DNA of 64,000 bases from Candidatus Bathyarchaeia archaeon (GTDB lineage Archaea; Thermoproteota; Bathyarchaeia; 40CM-2-53-6): contig JBEKFP010000001.1 of assembly GCA_050013255.1 (NCBI GenBank), positions 288,001 to 352,000 of the forward strand, in the 5' to 3' direction. A model generated the notes under the pieces. That model had not been told where the DNA came from and did no database searches. It was given only the letters and a program-made list of their open reading frames with translations. Both the position numbers and the translations under genes were made by a program. Positions 36,897-46,695 of this stretch are shown here, one piece after another (within the stretch, counting starts at the first letter, position 1; every line of letters starts with the position of its first letter).

Positions 36897-38000
36897 TCAT
36901 TGGATTATGAGCAACGGCTTGCCTAACACGTCCGTCTTCGGCTTGATTCCGAGCCCCGGTTGGTTGCTCGCGGCCATGCGGCCGTTCACGCGTTGGGGTG
37001 CGCCGTCAGCGGTCCCCACGGTGACGTAGCTGTTAAAGTCGGTTGTACTGAAGAAAAACTCCGGGGGCGTACTGTGAGCTAGGTGCGCGATTGCCGCGGT
37101 CGTAATGTCTCCTCCCCAACTATCTTCAATAGTCATAGCTATGCCCAGCGAGACGCAGAGATCACGCGCTTGACGCGTTTTCGTAAGGCCGCCGAATTTG
37201 CTGATTTTGATATTCACCACGTCCATCGCCAAGTCAGCCTTGCCGCGCAATAACATGTCGACGCCATCAATCACCTCATCCAGTACAAACGGATGGTTCG
37301 TGTGGCGGCGAATGGAAAGACATTCTTCATAGGTCAAGCATGGTTGCTCGATGTAGACATCCGCATCTTGAATTGCGCGAATAACTCGCATGGCGTCGTG
37401 CATCAACCATCCCGTGTTCGCGTCCGCCACAAGACGGTCGCCCGGCTGAAGTTGCGCGGATACGGCTTGGATACGCTTGATGTCTACGTCTGGGTCGCCA
37501 CCGACCTTGAGTTGGAAGCGGCGATAACCTTCCTTGCGATATTGTGCCACCCGACTAGCCATCGTTTCAGGTGACTCTTGGGAGATGGCTCGGTAGAGCC
37601 CAAAATCTTCGCCGTAGCGCCCGCCCAGTAAGGTGCACACTGGTTGACCGGTGACTTGGCCGAGGATATCCCAGCAGGCGATGTCGATGGCAGACTTCAC
37701 GTAGGGATGCCCTTTGAGTGCAGCGTCCATTCGACGATTTAGGCGGGCGAGTTCGAGTGGGTTTTCGCCCAGTAGGTGCGGCCCCAATTCGGCGACGCCG
37801 GCGCGTACGCCGCTCGCGTACGCAGGCAGGTAGTACGGCCCAAGCGGGCACATCTCACCGTACCCTACGACACCGGTATCCGTCTCAACCCCGACAATCG
37901 TACTATCGAACACCGAAACGGATTTGCCGCCAGACCACTTGTAGCTGCCCTCCTTCAAGGGAAGGTCCACTTTCCAAGCTGATATTTTCTTAATCTTCAT
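36897..38000 (-). CDS. Enolase-superfamily (MLE subgroup) enzyme resembling cis-3-hydroxy-L-proline dehydratase / Hyp-betaine epimerase
   Basis: [33 protein letters not shown] and EDSWGGDI motifs. Confidence 0.82.
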   Translation of the reverse strand: MKIKKISAWKVDLPLKEGSYKWSGGKSVSVFDSTIVGVETDTGVVGYGEMCPLGPYYLPAYASGVRAGVAELGPHLLGENPLELARLNRRMDAALKGHPYVKSAIDIACWDILGQVTGQPVCTLLGGRYGEDFGLYRAISQESPETMASRVAQYRKEGYRRFQLKVGGDPDVDIKRIQAVSAQLQPGDRLVADANTGWLMHDAMRVIRAIQDADVYIEQPCLTYEECLSIRRHTNHPFVLDEVIDGVDMLLRGKADLAMDVVNIKISKFGGLTKTRQARDLCVSLGIAMTIEDSWGGDITTAAIAHLAHSTPPEFFFSTTDFNSYVTVGTADGAPQRVNGRMAASNQPGLGIKPKTDVLGKPLLIIQ

Positions 38001-38165
38001 GCCGCGACCTCATGAGCTAGCATGTTCAACCTCAGTTCTTTTCGTAAGCATGATAACACCATTGCATTCTGGCAGAGGCAATCAGGTCAACATCCTAAGG
38101 GCGATTTGGTGGCTGAGAGAAAACGGAAGGCCATTGATAGAGATTGGTGTGCAGCGAGCATCAAG

Positions 38166-38609
38166 TCACCATTTCTTGGTTTCTTCAGGTTCGAGTAGAA
38201 CGTTCTTCTGAGACTCAATTTTCTTCAACTGGTCATATGCTCTCTCAAACAATTCCTCATTCAGATTCCCCACAGTAAACCTCATAGTGTTTTCCAGGAA
38301 TTTCTGGATTTCAAATGGGCTCTTCAATTCATGTGTCATCCCCACCTCTATGTCCCCTGCCTTCACAACTCCAACGGTAACATTCCTTCCTTGAAATTTC
38401 ACTCCTAGCCTTTTCCTTCTTCCCCAAATCGCCCATGCCACAACCGAATCATCATGCGTTCTCGCGTAGGCAGCTAGAAGCCTCAAACAACTCAAATAAT
38501 CTTCTTGGACCGACACTCTCTGAGAATCAACGTTGAATTGGGTATTGTTGTCAGCGGTGTTCTTAGCCATCCAGTATAGTTCTACAGTTCGCTTGTACGC
38601 TTCCGACAT
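38166..38609 (-). CDS. Hypothetical protein
   Basis: 147-aa ORF filling the gap; AT-richer than its neighbours. Confidence 0.6.
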   Translation of the reverse strand: MSEAYKRTVELYWMAKNTADNNTQFNVDSQRVSVQEDYLSCLRLLAAYARTHDDSVVAWAIWGRRKRLGVKFQGRNVTVGVVKAGDIEVGMTHELKSPFEIQKFLENTMRFTVGNLNEELFERAYDQLKKIESQKNVLLEPEETKKW

Positions 38610-38745
38610 TGACTAGGAATTCTCCCTAAGCCTAGGTTAGGCAAGCCACACGCACTCGGCGGCAAGTCACAAAAATAAACAATTCTAAGGCTGAGTGCAG
38701 AGCTTTGGTTCAGAAGCTGTCTGCGAGGCTTCCACGCGACCTTTA

Positions 38746-39108
38746 CTAAAGGTATTTTCTGATTTCGGCTTCGACTTCCTCTGGTGCCACGACGTGTATT
38801 TTCGGCCCAGCTTCAGCTAGGAGTTTCTTGGCTTTATCGCGAGCTGGCGCTGGGACGATGAGTACGACTGGTATGTCCATAGTCTTGCATGCGAAAAGCA
38901 AGTCTGCCGGCCCCATGCGTTCCTGTTCAGCAGGCACGACCTTGTGCAAGTAGCCGACCACCACGTTAACCTCGCCCTTGCTAAGGTGGTTGACGTATTT
39001 GCCGTGCCCGTCCCATGTGTTGGCCACTGGTAATGTCTCAACGCCTTCAGCCGCAAGTTTCGATAAGAGGAGTGGATCAGTTCCTTCAAAATAACCGACT
39101 CTCGGCAA
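38746..39108 (-). CDS. Conserved-looking hypothetical alpha/beta protein
   Basis: GGTGA SD before TTG; globular composition. Confidence 0.7.
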   Translation of the reverse strand: MPRVGYFEGTDPLLLSKLAAEGVETLPVANTWDGHGKYVNHLSKGEVNVVVGYLHKVVPAEQERMGPADLLFACKTMDIPVVLIVPAPARDKAKKLLAEAGPKIHVVAPEEVEAEIRKYL

Positions 39109-39185
39109 TTGTCTTCACCTTGACCAGTATTTTGTCCTAGCCAACGATAAAAGGTTACGAATGCTACGAATAGCGTGACCGCCCA

Positions 39186-39857
39186 ATGCACCAACCTAAG
39201 GCAATACTCTCTTGGTCTTCCGGCAAGGACAGCGCAATGGCGTTATACCGAACACTCGCCTCGAAACAATTCGAAGTGGTCTGCCTCCTAACCACGCTCA
39301 GCCAACCATTTCGCCGGGTTTCCATGCATGGCGTCAGGGAGGAACTTCTCGATAGGCAGGCAGGGTCCCTAGGGATACACCTGGAGAAGGTGCTGATCCC
39401 CTACCCCTGCCCGAACGCAGTCTACGAAGAAAAAATGCGGAACACCCTATCTCTGTGGAAGGAGAGAGGAGTTACACATGTCATATTCGGCGACTTGTTC
39501 CTTGAAGACATTCGCAGGTACCGGGAGGCGAACCTGTCGCAGCTCGACCTGACACCAGTCTTTCCAATCTGGGGAACGGACACAACAAGTCTTGCGCGTG
39601 AAATGTTGGAAGTTGGTTTCCGAGCGGTCCTAACTTGCGTTGACCCTAAGAAGCTCGATGGCAAATTTGCCGGCCGCCAATTCGACAGTTCCCTACTGGA
39701 AGACCTGCCACCGATGGTCGACCCTTGTGGCGAGAACGGTGAATTCCACACATTTGTTTATGATGGACCAATCTTCCGGGAATCGATCCCCGTAGAAATC
39801 GGTCAATCGGTTTTGCGAGATGGGTTCCAGTTTGCGGATGTATTGTTGAAGCGCTAA
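39186..39857 (+). CDS. PP-loop ATPase, Dph6/MJ0570-related
   Basis: SWSSGKDS, FGDLFLED and DPCGENGEFHT motifs. Confidence 0.9.
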   Translation: MHQPKAILSWSSGKDSAMALYRTLASKQFEVVCLLTTLSQPFRRVSMHGVREELLDRQAGSLGIHLEKVLIPYPCPNAVYEEKMRNTLSLWKERGVTHVIFGDLFLEDIRRYREANLSQLDLTPVFPIWGTDTTSLAREMLEVGFRAVLTCVDPKKLDGKFAGRQFDSSLLEDLPPMVDPCGENGEFHTFVYDGPIFRESIPVEIGQSVLRDGFQFADVLLKR

Positions 39858-40225
39858 CTTGGTTTGCCACCTGACCGTTTGCGCAAGTAGTAGACAGGAA
39901 TGAGAATTACGAGGGCCAATTGGAGGGCCGAACCAGCTAGAAATGTCAAGGATGCAAGTGAGAAACCCGCCATCACGAATGATTGGTGCTCTGGCTGAGG
40001 AACCGAGACCGCAAGCGTGAGAATCGAGAGAACGAAAGCGAGTGGGTACGCTATCCTATGCCCAGTCGCGGCAAGGGCGGCCACAAGGACGTAGGCTAAC
40101 CATCCGCCCAATACCGAGTAGAAAAGCCAAGCCGGTACGAGGCCGTATAGTTGGGGAAGTAGAAGAACGCCTAGGGCGACTGAGAGGAAAATGAGGAGGT
40201 TGATCGAACGCGTAATGGAGGGCAT
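39854..40225 (-). CDS. Four-TM membrane protein
   Basis: Four hydrophobic segments. Confidence 0.7.
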   Translation of the reverse strand: MPSITRSINLLIFLSVALGVLLLPQLYGLVPAWLFYSVLGGWLAYVLVAALAATGHRIAYPLAFVLSILTLAVSVPQPEHQSFVMAGFSLASLTFLAGSALQLALVILIPVYYLRKRSGGKPS

Positions 40226-40318
40226 GGGGGCACCGTCGTTTCTGCGATGAACTTGGACAGATGATCGCCCCCATATGAAGTTGAAGAAAAATAGAGAGGA
40301 AGGAGGGCGAGAATGCTT

Positions 40319-40441
40319 CTAATGCTTCAGTTCATCGATTCTCTCAGTTACGCCTTTCAACTCACTCTCTAGGTTGCTCTTGTATTCTTCAAGCCATTCT
40401 AGCTTCTCTTCCTTCGTAAAGAACCTGCGTCCACCACACAT
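40319..40441 (-). CDS. 40-aa coiled-coil protein (DUF5320-like), not in the ORF track
   Basis: GGAGGT SD; MCGGRRFFTKEEKLEWLEEYKSNLESELKGVTERIDELKH; T-rich tract downstream. Confidence 0.8.
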   Translation of the reverse strand: MCGGRRFFTKEEKLEWLEEYKSNLESELKGVTERIDELKH

Positions 40442-40558
40442 TACTTCAACACCTCCTTGATACGTCAACTCTCATGACTAGTGCGGGGCAGATTTAGCGA
40501 CTAAGCTCAGCCGTTTTCGGTCATACAGGGTCGACCGCTCGGAACACATTTCAGTGGT

Positions 40559-40864
40559 CTATTTCGAGGTTTGAATGGGCTTCCCACATTCTCGACAAAA
40601 ACTAGCAATGCTTGGGACGGACGCTCGACACGACGGGCATCGTTTTGTGCGTCCCCCGGATTGGGCCCCGGGGAGAAAATGTTTCCCTAGCTCAATGACG
40701 CTTCCAGCAATCATTGCGGAGCCGAAAGCTAGGCTGACCAGGTTCTCGACCACCCACCCACCACTTGGAACCCATGAAGTGAGTAGCTGGTAGAGGGTGA
40801 CCAGGCCTAGGATGAGGACTGCGAGCGACAAACCTATGGAGAGAAACAACTTCAAGGATGTCAT
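40559..40864 (-). CDS. Two-TM protein with a C-terminal zinc ribbon
   Basis: CPSC...FCRECG motif. Confidence 0.78.
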   Translation of the reverse strand: MTSLKLFLSIGLSLAVLILGLVTLYQLLTSWVPSGGWVVENLVSLAFGSAMIAGSVIELGKHFLPGAQSGGRTKRCPSCRASVPSIASFCRECGKPIQTSK

Positions 40865-40960
40865 AATCCACTTTCCCCACGTTGAATTATTGCTTTTGCA
40901 TTCGACGTGGGGGAACGCAAAGCAGATAGCAGTCTACGTGCGCGTATTACCGAACGACCG

Positions 40961-42424
40961 ATGCGTTTCACCACAGGTGCCTTCTCGCGCATCGTATTCA
41001 TGCTAATGCTCTTAGCTCCGGTACTATTGATACTGCCTGCCGAATCTAATGCAAGCTTGGCGCCGTGCACCGGGCTGCAGTGTAAGCTTCAACCCTACAC
41101 AGAAATTCCGAGCCCAACGACAATCGCGACCTGTGACCCACTCGTCTATGTCGTACAGGAGGTTTATGATAAGGTCAAGATCACAGGATTCACAGTGGAC
41201 AAGGCAATTTATCGCCCGGGCGAATCATTGGCATACTCCGGACACGTGCAGGTTAGCGAGGACATACAATACGTGAATTGCTATGGGCAAAGCTACATGG
41301 GGAATCAAGAGGTCTCGCCTAGCCAATCAAAGGTGCAAGTTCAGCTTCTTGGCGGAAAGTTCGCGCTAACGCCCTCGTCAGACGGTTCTTTTAGTGGAAC
41401 TTATTCAATCCCATTTACCGAACCATCGGCTGACTACACTGCCATTGCAACGGCAACATTTGGAACTGCAACCGATAGCGCATCAGCCTCCTTCCGAGTT
41501 GAAGCATACCAACCAGTTCTAAGCATCACCTACGCGACGTCAGCCCTAGCGGCATTTCCGGGAGAAGGCATTATCCTCGTAGGCAACGGATGGATTCCAA
41601 ACATGCAGGTTACTGTTTACGTGGATGATAATTTCACAACCGCCTCAGATTCAACGGGCCACTTTGCCCTAACAATTCCCGTTCCATTAGAACAACCATA
41701 CCAAGAAGGCATGCACAACATCACGGTAACGCAAGCCAACCTTGTGATGGCGCAGAGCTTTTCGATTAGGTACCACCAACTCATCATAACCCTAAGCAAC
41801 TTAGCCCCCATCGCGCAGGGCGACGATTTTGCCGCTTCGGGAAATGTAACAGCAACCGAAACGGGGAAAGGTGTTGCTGGAGCTAATGTAACAATCCTCT
41901 TCATGGGCAAACAATTCAATGCCACCACAGACGATAAGGGCTACTTCAAAACGAATGCGATTGGGACAGACCCATCCATCAAACCCGGTTCGTATGACAT
42001 CGTAGCTAATGCCACCCGCCGCGGATTCAGGGCATCACAGAATGCAACGCAAGAGTTCAAGGTGATACCAAAGCTAAACCTCCCCGCGGTGACGGTTGCA
42101 GTTGCCTCAGGTGCAGCCGTTGGCGCAGCTTTGTCGTTAAGGGGAAAGCTCCAAAAGCCCTCATCGAAGGCGCCCTCCCTCGGGCCTGGAACAGGTTCAC
42201 AACCTTCTGTCGTGCCAGGTTCTGAGCAAGTTGTTTCCAAAATCGGCCCAGGGGGTCAGCCGAGCATCGGCCCCGGCCTGTCCAAGAGCACTCAGCTTGG
42301 ACAGAGGCAAATTCAACTAGGCCCGCTGCAAGGGCCACGAGCGTCTGAGTTTTGCATCCACTGCGGCTCGAGCATTACACGCGGATCTAAGAAATGTCCC
42401 GACTGCGGAATACGGCTAAGGTAG
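40961..42424 (+). CDS. Single-pass surface protein: Ig-like domains, TM, Pro/Gly/Ser linker, cytoplasmic zinc ribbon
   Basis: Signal peptide; VDKAIYRPGE and TTDDKGYF Ig-like motifs; FCIHCG..CPDCG. Confidence 0.8.
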   Translation: MRFTTGAFSRIVFMLMLLAPVLLILPAESNASLAPCTGLQCKLQPYTEIPSPTTIATCDPLVYVVQEVYDKVKITGFTVDKAIYRPGESLAYSGHVQVSEDIQYVNCYGQSYMGNQEVSPSQSKVQVQLLGGKFALTPSSDGSFSGTYSIPFTEPSADYTAIATATFGTATDSASASFRVEAYQPVLSITYATSALAAFPGEGIILVGNGWIPNMQVTVYVDDNFTTASDSTGHFALTIPVPLEQPYQEGMHNITVTQANLVMAQSFSIRYHQLIITLSNLAPIAQGDDFAASGNVTATETGKGVAGANVTILFMGKQFNATTDDKGYFKTNAIGTDPSIKPGSYDIVANATRRGFRASQNATQEFKVIPKLNLPAVTVAVASGAAVGAALSLRGKLQKPSSKAPSLGPGTGSQPSVVPGSEQVVSKIGPGGQPSIGPGLSKSTQLGQRQIQLGPLQGPRASEFCIHCGSSITRGSKKCPDCGIRLR

Positions 42425-42432
42425 ATGTAGCT

Positions 42433-43899
42433 ATGCCACTAGGAAGGCGCTTATGTTTTGTGACCTTATTTTTCGTTCTGCTTAGTCTCGCTGTTTTATG
42501 CTCGCCCGCACGTGCACAATCAGGCGCAACCTTTCAGTTCAACTCAATTAAGGTCACCGTGGACGTTGCCTCTCCAAGGCTCGCGCATGTAACCAGGGAG
42601 GTGTCGATACTTTTCCAATCGGGAAATTGGACCTACCTCGATTGGGGGCTATGGTACCAAGGAAAAACAGTGACGATGAGCAAGGTATTTGACAACGCAG
42701 GAAACTTGGGTTTTGTTTATCCTACGCCAGCCTCGCCATCTGACCAGCCTGTCCTGCGAATTCTCTTCCCCAAGACTTTCACGAGCGGCGAAGTTTACAA
42801 TTTCACCTACGCCTATGATGTTAGCTCGGACCAAGATTCATTCACCTGGAGCGAAACCCTCGACTCGTCTCAAATCCTCATCCAATCACTAACCGTGACA
42901 ATCAAACTCCCCATCGGTTACCGCACGACGGGTGCGCAACCAACTTCAGCTGCGGTAACTCAGGGACAGGACGGTAGGAACTCCGTAACCTGGACCGGAA
43001 CAAACCTGTCAGGGATACCATCTGTTGGGCTCGCACTGGGATTCAACGCGGAATCTACTCCTTCGGTATACAACCCGGCAAGCCTATTGCCATACGTTGG
43101 CGCGGTCGCAGCATTCGCCAGCCTTGGAGTGTATGGATTCAGAAGATTCCAAACTTCCAAGAAACGCCGCGTCGAACCAGAGGTAGTGCTGGAAAGTAAA
43201 GCGAAAGAGCTTGCTGCGCAAGCGCCCCGCGAAACAGTACCTACCGGCCTTCCGGTCCTGGACTATCTGCTGAAAGGCGGATTACCAATAGCAAGCGCGA
43301 CACTACTCACCTCTCCGGCCAGTGACGAACGGGAAAACATAATCCGCAGATTCCTAGAGGCTGGAGCCAAGATGGGAGGGCGGAACGTCTACTTGACGAG
43401 GGATTTCTCAAAGGCCACCGACCTACTGACCTCTTACCCCTCGAGCCTTTCGGCTGTAGTTACAAGGAGCGAGGACCTAGCGCAAAAGCTTCCAAACGTC
43501 CGCTTCAGCACAAAATTGGAAAACCTCACGGCCATCAATATCGACCTAATGACCCTCCTACAAGGCTCTTCGTCAGAGGCAGCTGCCGATTCCAAGCGGC
43601 TATGCATCGATGTTCTTGACGATATGCTGCTTATTCACAAGAGCCTGGTCACACGAAAGTGGCTGACGGAAACCCTCCGCAGGGTCAAGGCTCTCGGCTT
43701 TACAGTCTTAGCCACCCTGAACCCGCAAATTCACACGCCTTCGGACATTCAAGCCATCCTCGAAATGTTTGACGGTCACGTTGAACTCAGCGAGAGAGAA
43801 ATTGAAGGAAACATGAAGAGAGTTCTACACATTCGCAAAATGTTCCAATGGAGTTTTCTAGATACCGAAGCCGTCTTGGACAGAGAGAAGACGTTCTAG
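42433..43899 (+). CDS. Single-pass membrane protein: beta-sandwich ectodomain plus cytoplasmic inactive KaiC/RAD55-like domain
   Basis: Signal peptide; TM; PTGLPVLDYLLKGGLP; Walker A replaced by SPASDERE; IRKM motif. Confidence 0.82.
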   Translation: MPLGRRLCFVTLFFVLLSLAVLCSPARAQSGATFQFNSIKVTVDVASPRLAHVTREVSILFQSGNWTYLDWGLWYQGKTVTMSKVFDNAGNLGFVYPTPASPSDQPVLRILFPKTFTSGEVYNFTYAYDVSSDQDSFTWSETLDSSQILIQSLTVTIKLPIGYRTTGAQPTSAAVTQGQDGRNSVTWTGTNLSGIPSVGLALGFNAESTPSVYNPASLLPYVGAVAAFASLGVYGFRRFQTSKKRRVEPEVVLESKAKELAAQAPRETVPTGLPVLDYLLKGGLPIASATLLTSPASDERENIIRRFLEAGAKMGGRNVYLTRDFSKATDLLTSYPSSLSAVVTRSEDLAQKLPNVRFSTKLENLTAINIDLMTLLQGSSSEAAADSKRLCIDVLDDMLLIHKSLVTRKWLTETLRRVKALGFTVLATLNPQIHTPSDIQAILEMFDGHVELSEREIEGNMKRVLHIRKMFQWSFLDTEAVLDREKTF

Positions 43900-43940
43900 G
43901 GAACAGCACGTGCTTGAAATCGATAATCGCCGAGACGTGG

Positions 43941-44453
43941 TTATCGTGCTATTATGCGGGATTCCTTCAGAACGTCTCCGTGCCCACGCGTGAAATCCTC
44001 GCTACTTAGTTCCTTGGGGTTTACGAATTTTAGGTCAGAGAACCAGTCTGGCCGCTCCACCTTATCCTTCAATGTCCCCTCGTATACGAAGCAAAGGTCC
44101 CAATGGGCGGCTTCGGGGTCCTTCGGATCCTGAGAGAGATGGGACTGGACCTCCCGAAACGTTAGCTTACCGTGCGCCACTCCAACTTCCTGTGTAAGAA
44201 CTCGCATGGCGGCGTCTTCAGGCTTTTCTCCGTACTCCAAATGGGACGCAGGCAGGGTCCACTTGTTGGAGGAGGCGTATTTTGGCGCGAACATTTCGCC
44301 GACGTAGAACCTTTCGACCCACACTTCAGGTTTAGCCATCTTCCCAACAAGGATACCACCCTTTCCCCTCAGAACGAGGAAGACAGAAATGCACGCACCA
44401 CCCTTCGGCACATGCCCTTCCATGAACAGCGCTTTCTTGATCATTATGAGCAA
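43941..44453 (-). CDS. NUDIX-fold hydrolase
   Basis: WTLPASHLEYGEKPEDAAMRVLTQEVG (variant Nudix box). Confidence 0.82.
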   Translation of the reverse strand: MLIMIKKALFMEGHVPKGGACISVFLVLRGKGGILVGKMAKPEVWVERFYVGEMFAPKYASSNKWTLPASHLEYGEKPEDAAMRVLTQEVGVAHGKLTFREVQSHLSQDPKDPEAAHWDLCFVYEGTLKDKVERPDWFSDLKFVNPKELSSEDFTRGHGDVLKESRIIAR

Positions 44454-44516
44454 CGGCGCAAGGCTACGACCCGCTCACAATATAAGAATTGAACGCAAAC
44501 CTCCAAGACTGGAACC

Positions 44517-46211
44517 TTGACCTCCGCATTCTCGCTAGTCGTGGAAGCAAAACCCCACACCTCAGTTTACACGATGCACAAATATTTCGCGCGAAGGCCT
44601 TGGAACGTCTTCAACGAACTCATCTCACACTATTCCACGGCGGGTGATATTGTTCTAGACCCATTTTGTGGCGGCGGGGTCACAGTCGTTGAGTCCCTCA
44701 AACTTGGCAGGAAGACGGTCGGAGTTGACGCTAACCCGCTGGCCACGTACGTAACGGAAATGGAATGTAAACCCCTAAACCTGCATTTCTTCCAACAAGC
44801 GCTCCTCGACCTAAGTCAAAAGGTCGAATTGGAAATCTCGCAGCTTTATCGAACCAAATGTGCTAGATGCGGGTGTGAAGCGGTTGCCGATTGGATTGAA
44901 TGGGATGAGGCAACAGGACGAATACTTCGGCTAAAATACAATTGCCAGAAATGCGGGACAAGCGGCAAGAGAACACCTAAACCGCATGATCTCAAGCTTG
45001 CAAAACAAATCAACGAAAACTTTGCCCAAAACGTTAGACAGAGGAAGCTGTGGTACCCTAAGACTCGAATACCAAGCGGTGACAAAACTAACTCTCTCCT
45101 GAGTAAGAACATCAATTTCTTCCACGAACTATTCACGAAGAGAAATCTGCTTGGGCTCTCCATTCTTTTAGCTGAGATTAATCGGGTGGAGGACAGAGAG
45201 TGCAGGGATTTTCTGAAGTTTGCGTTCAGCAGTTCATTGAAGTGGGCAAGCAAGCAATCCCACCTTAGAGGGGAAATAGTTGAGGGCTGGGCCATGCACG
45301 CCTACTGGATATATCCGAAAAGCCTCGAAATCAACGTCTGGAACACTTTTCGAAGACGAGCACAGGCAGTCCTTCGTGGGAAGAAGTATAGCAATGAACA
45401 AATAGGAAAATTCTTCGCACCTGCAGGAAACTTCAACGAATTGGTCACCGGAAACGCTTCTTGCCTCGTCCTCAACCAGAACTCCACCAAACTTCCATTC
45501 CCCGAGAACTCCGTCGATACCATCGTTACAGATCCACCTTACGGTGGTAACGTGAACTATGCTGAACTCTCGGATTACTGGCATATCTGGCTGAGCGAAG
45601 GAAAAATCGTTGACAAGAGCAGCGAGGTGATAATCAACAAAACTCAGGGGAAGGGAGTTGAAGAGTATGAATCGCTTCTTTCCGCCGTGTTGAAAGAGTG
45701 CTACAGGGTTCTCAAACCAGGCCGTTGCCTCGTCTCCACTTTCAACAGTAGAGACATACGAGTTGTGGCAAGCTTCGTAACCGGAGCCGCGAAGGCTGGT
45801 TTCACGCTTCACCCTGACGGGCTACTTTACCAGGACCCCATTCGATCTTACACGACAACCTTTCACGCCATGCAAATCGGCGCCTTCGTCGGAGATTTCA
45901 TCTTCACCTTCGTCAAAGAGAAGACCCGTCACGTTGCCGATTCAGGGCGGAGTCTTGTTGGGTTGAAAGAAACTTTGGCCGCCTCGGTTGCAGGTGCGGT
46001 GGCTGGTGAGATAACTGAGCCGCAGCTAAGGGAACAAGCCTACAGGTCACTCATCCCATTTCTCGCTGCCAACGCCTGCGTTGACCCTGTAGCGTGTAAG
46101 GAAGCTATTGATTTCTTTGAGGCCAAAATGAAAGAACGTGAACAATACTTTGGCCAACTCAGAAAGAGAATCGCCGCGAAAAGAAAGCGAAAGTTCAGTC
46201 GGAGAGGATAG
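44517..46211 (+). CDS. Solitary DNA amino-methyltransferase with a zinc-binding insert (COG1743-like)
   Basis: MHKYFARRP, DPFCGGG (motif I), CxxC..CxxC, TDPPY (motif IV) and ECYRVLKPG. Confidence 0.88.
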   Translation: MTSAFSLVVEAKPHTSVYTMHKYFARRPWNVFNELISHYSTAGDIVLDPFCGGGVTVVESLKLGRKTVGVDANPLATYVTEMECKPLNLHFFQQALLDLSQKVELEISQLYRTKCARCGCEAVADWIEWDEATGRILRLKYNCQKCGTSGKRTPKPHDLKLAKQINENFAQNVRQRKLWYPKTRIPSGDKTNSLLSKNINFFHELFTKRNLLGLSILLAEINRVEDRECRDFLKFAFSSSLKWASKQSHLRGEIVEGWAMHAYWIYPKSLEINVWNTFRRRAQAVLRGKKYSNEQIGKFFAPAGNFNELVTGNASCLVLNQNSTKLPFPENSVDTIVTDPPYGGNVNYAELSDYWHIWLSEGKIVDKSSEVIINKTQGKGVEEYESLLSAVLKECYRVLKPGRCLVSTFNSRDIRVVASFVTGAAKAGFTLHPDGLLYQDPIRSYTTTFHAMQIGAFVGDFIFTFVKEKTRHVADSGRSLVGLKETLAASVAGAVAGEITEPQLREQAYRSLIPFLAANACVDPVACKEAIDFFEAKMKEREQYFGQLRKRIAAKRKRKFSRRG

Positions 46212-46221
46212 CTACGCATTC

Positions 46222-46674
46222 TCACGTGGGCGTCGCCATTGACTCGCCCTCTTCCTGCCGTGATGAATCATCACTCCCGTAATCCCATGATAGCACACGG
46301 TCGGGCTTTAGCATCATAACGACACGGTCAGGCTGCTTAGCGGCTTCGGCTAACCATTCTTTTGCATCCTCTTTCCCGTAACGGAAGGAGATTTTCTTCA
46401 ACCACTCGTCTCGATTCTCCTTGAGGGCTTGAGCGTTGCCGAACGCGCATACCGCCACATAGGGACGCATGTCCGTTGCGATACTCAAAGCGACAGCGGG
46501 GTTACGCGTGATATGTTGCCCCTTCAGGCGGCCGAGGCGTGTTGTGAAGTAGAATATTCCATTCTGGTACGCGTACCAGATTGGATTCACACGCGGCTTT
46601 CCTTTCTTTGAGGCCGTCGCCAGATGTGCCATTCGTGGTGCTTGCAGGAACTTTTCGAGTTCGGCCTTGGATAA
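46222..46674 (-). CDS. PPOX-class (pyridoxamine 5'-phosphate oxidase-like, possibly F420-binding) oxidoreductase; start uncertain
   Basis: AHLAT..GKPRVNPIWY, K..HITRNPAV and VLSWDY motifs; a family-like helix LSKAELEKFL precedes ATG 46632. Confidence 0.82.
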   Translation of the reverse strand, partial: LSKAELEKFLQAPRMAHLATASKKGKPRVNPIWYAYQNGIFYFTTRLGRLKGQHITRNPAVALSIATDMRPYVAVCAFGNAQALKENRDEWLKKISFRYGKEDAKEWLAEAAKQPDRVVMMLKPDRVLSWDYGSDDSSRQEEGESMATPT

Positions 46675-46695
46675 TGGAAACTCTCTTCCCTCTGG

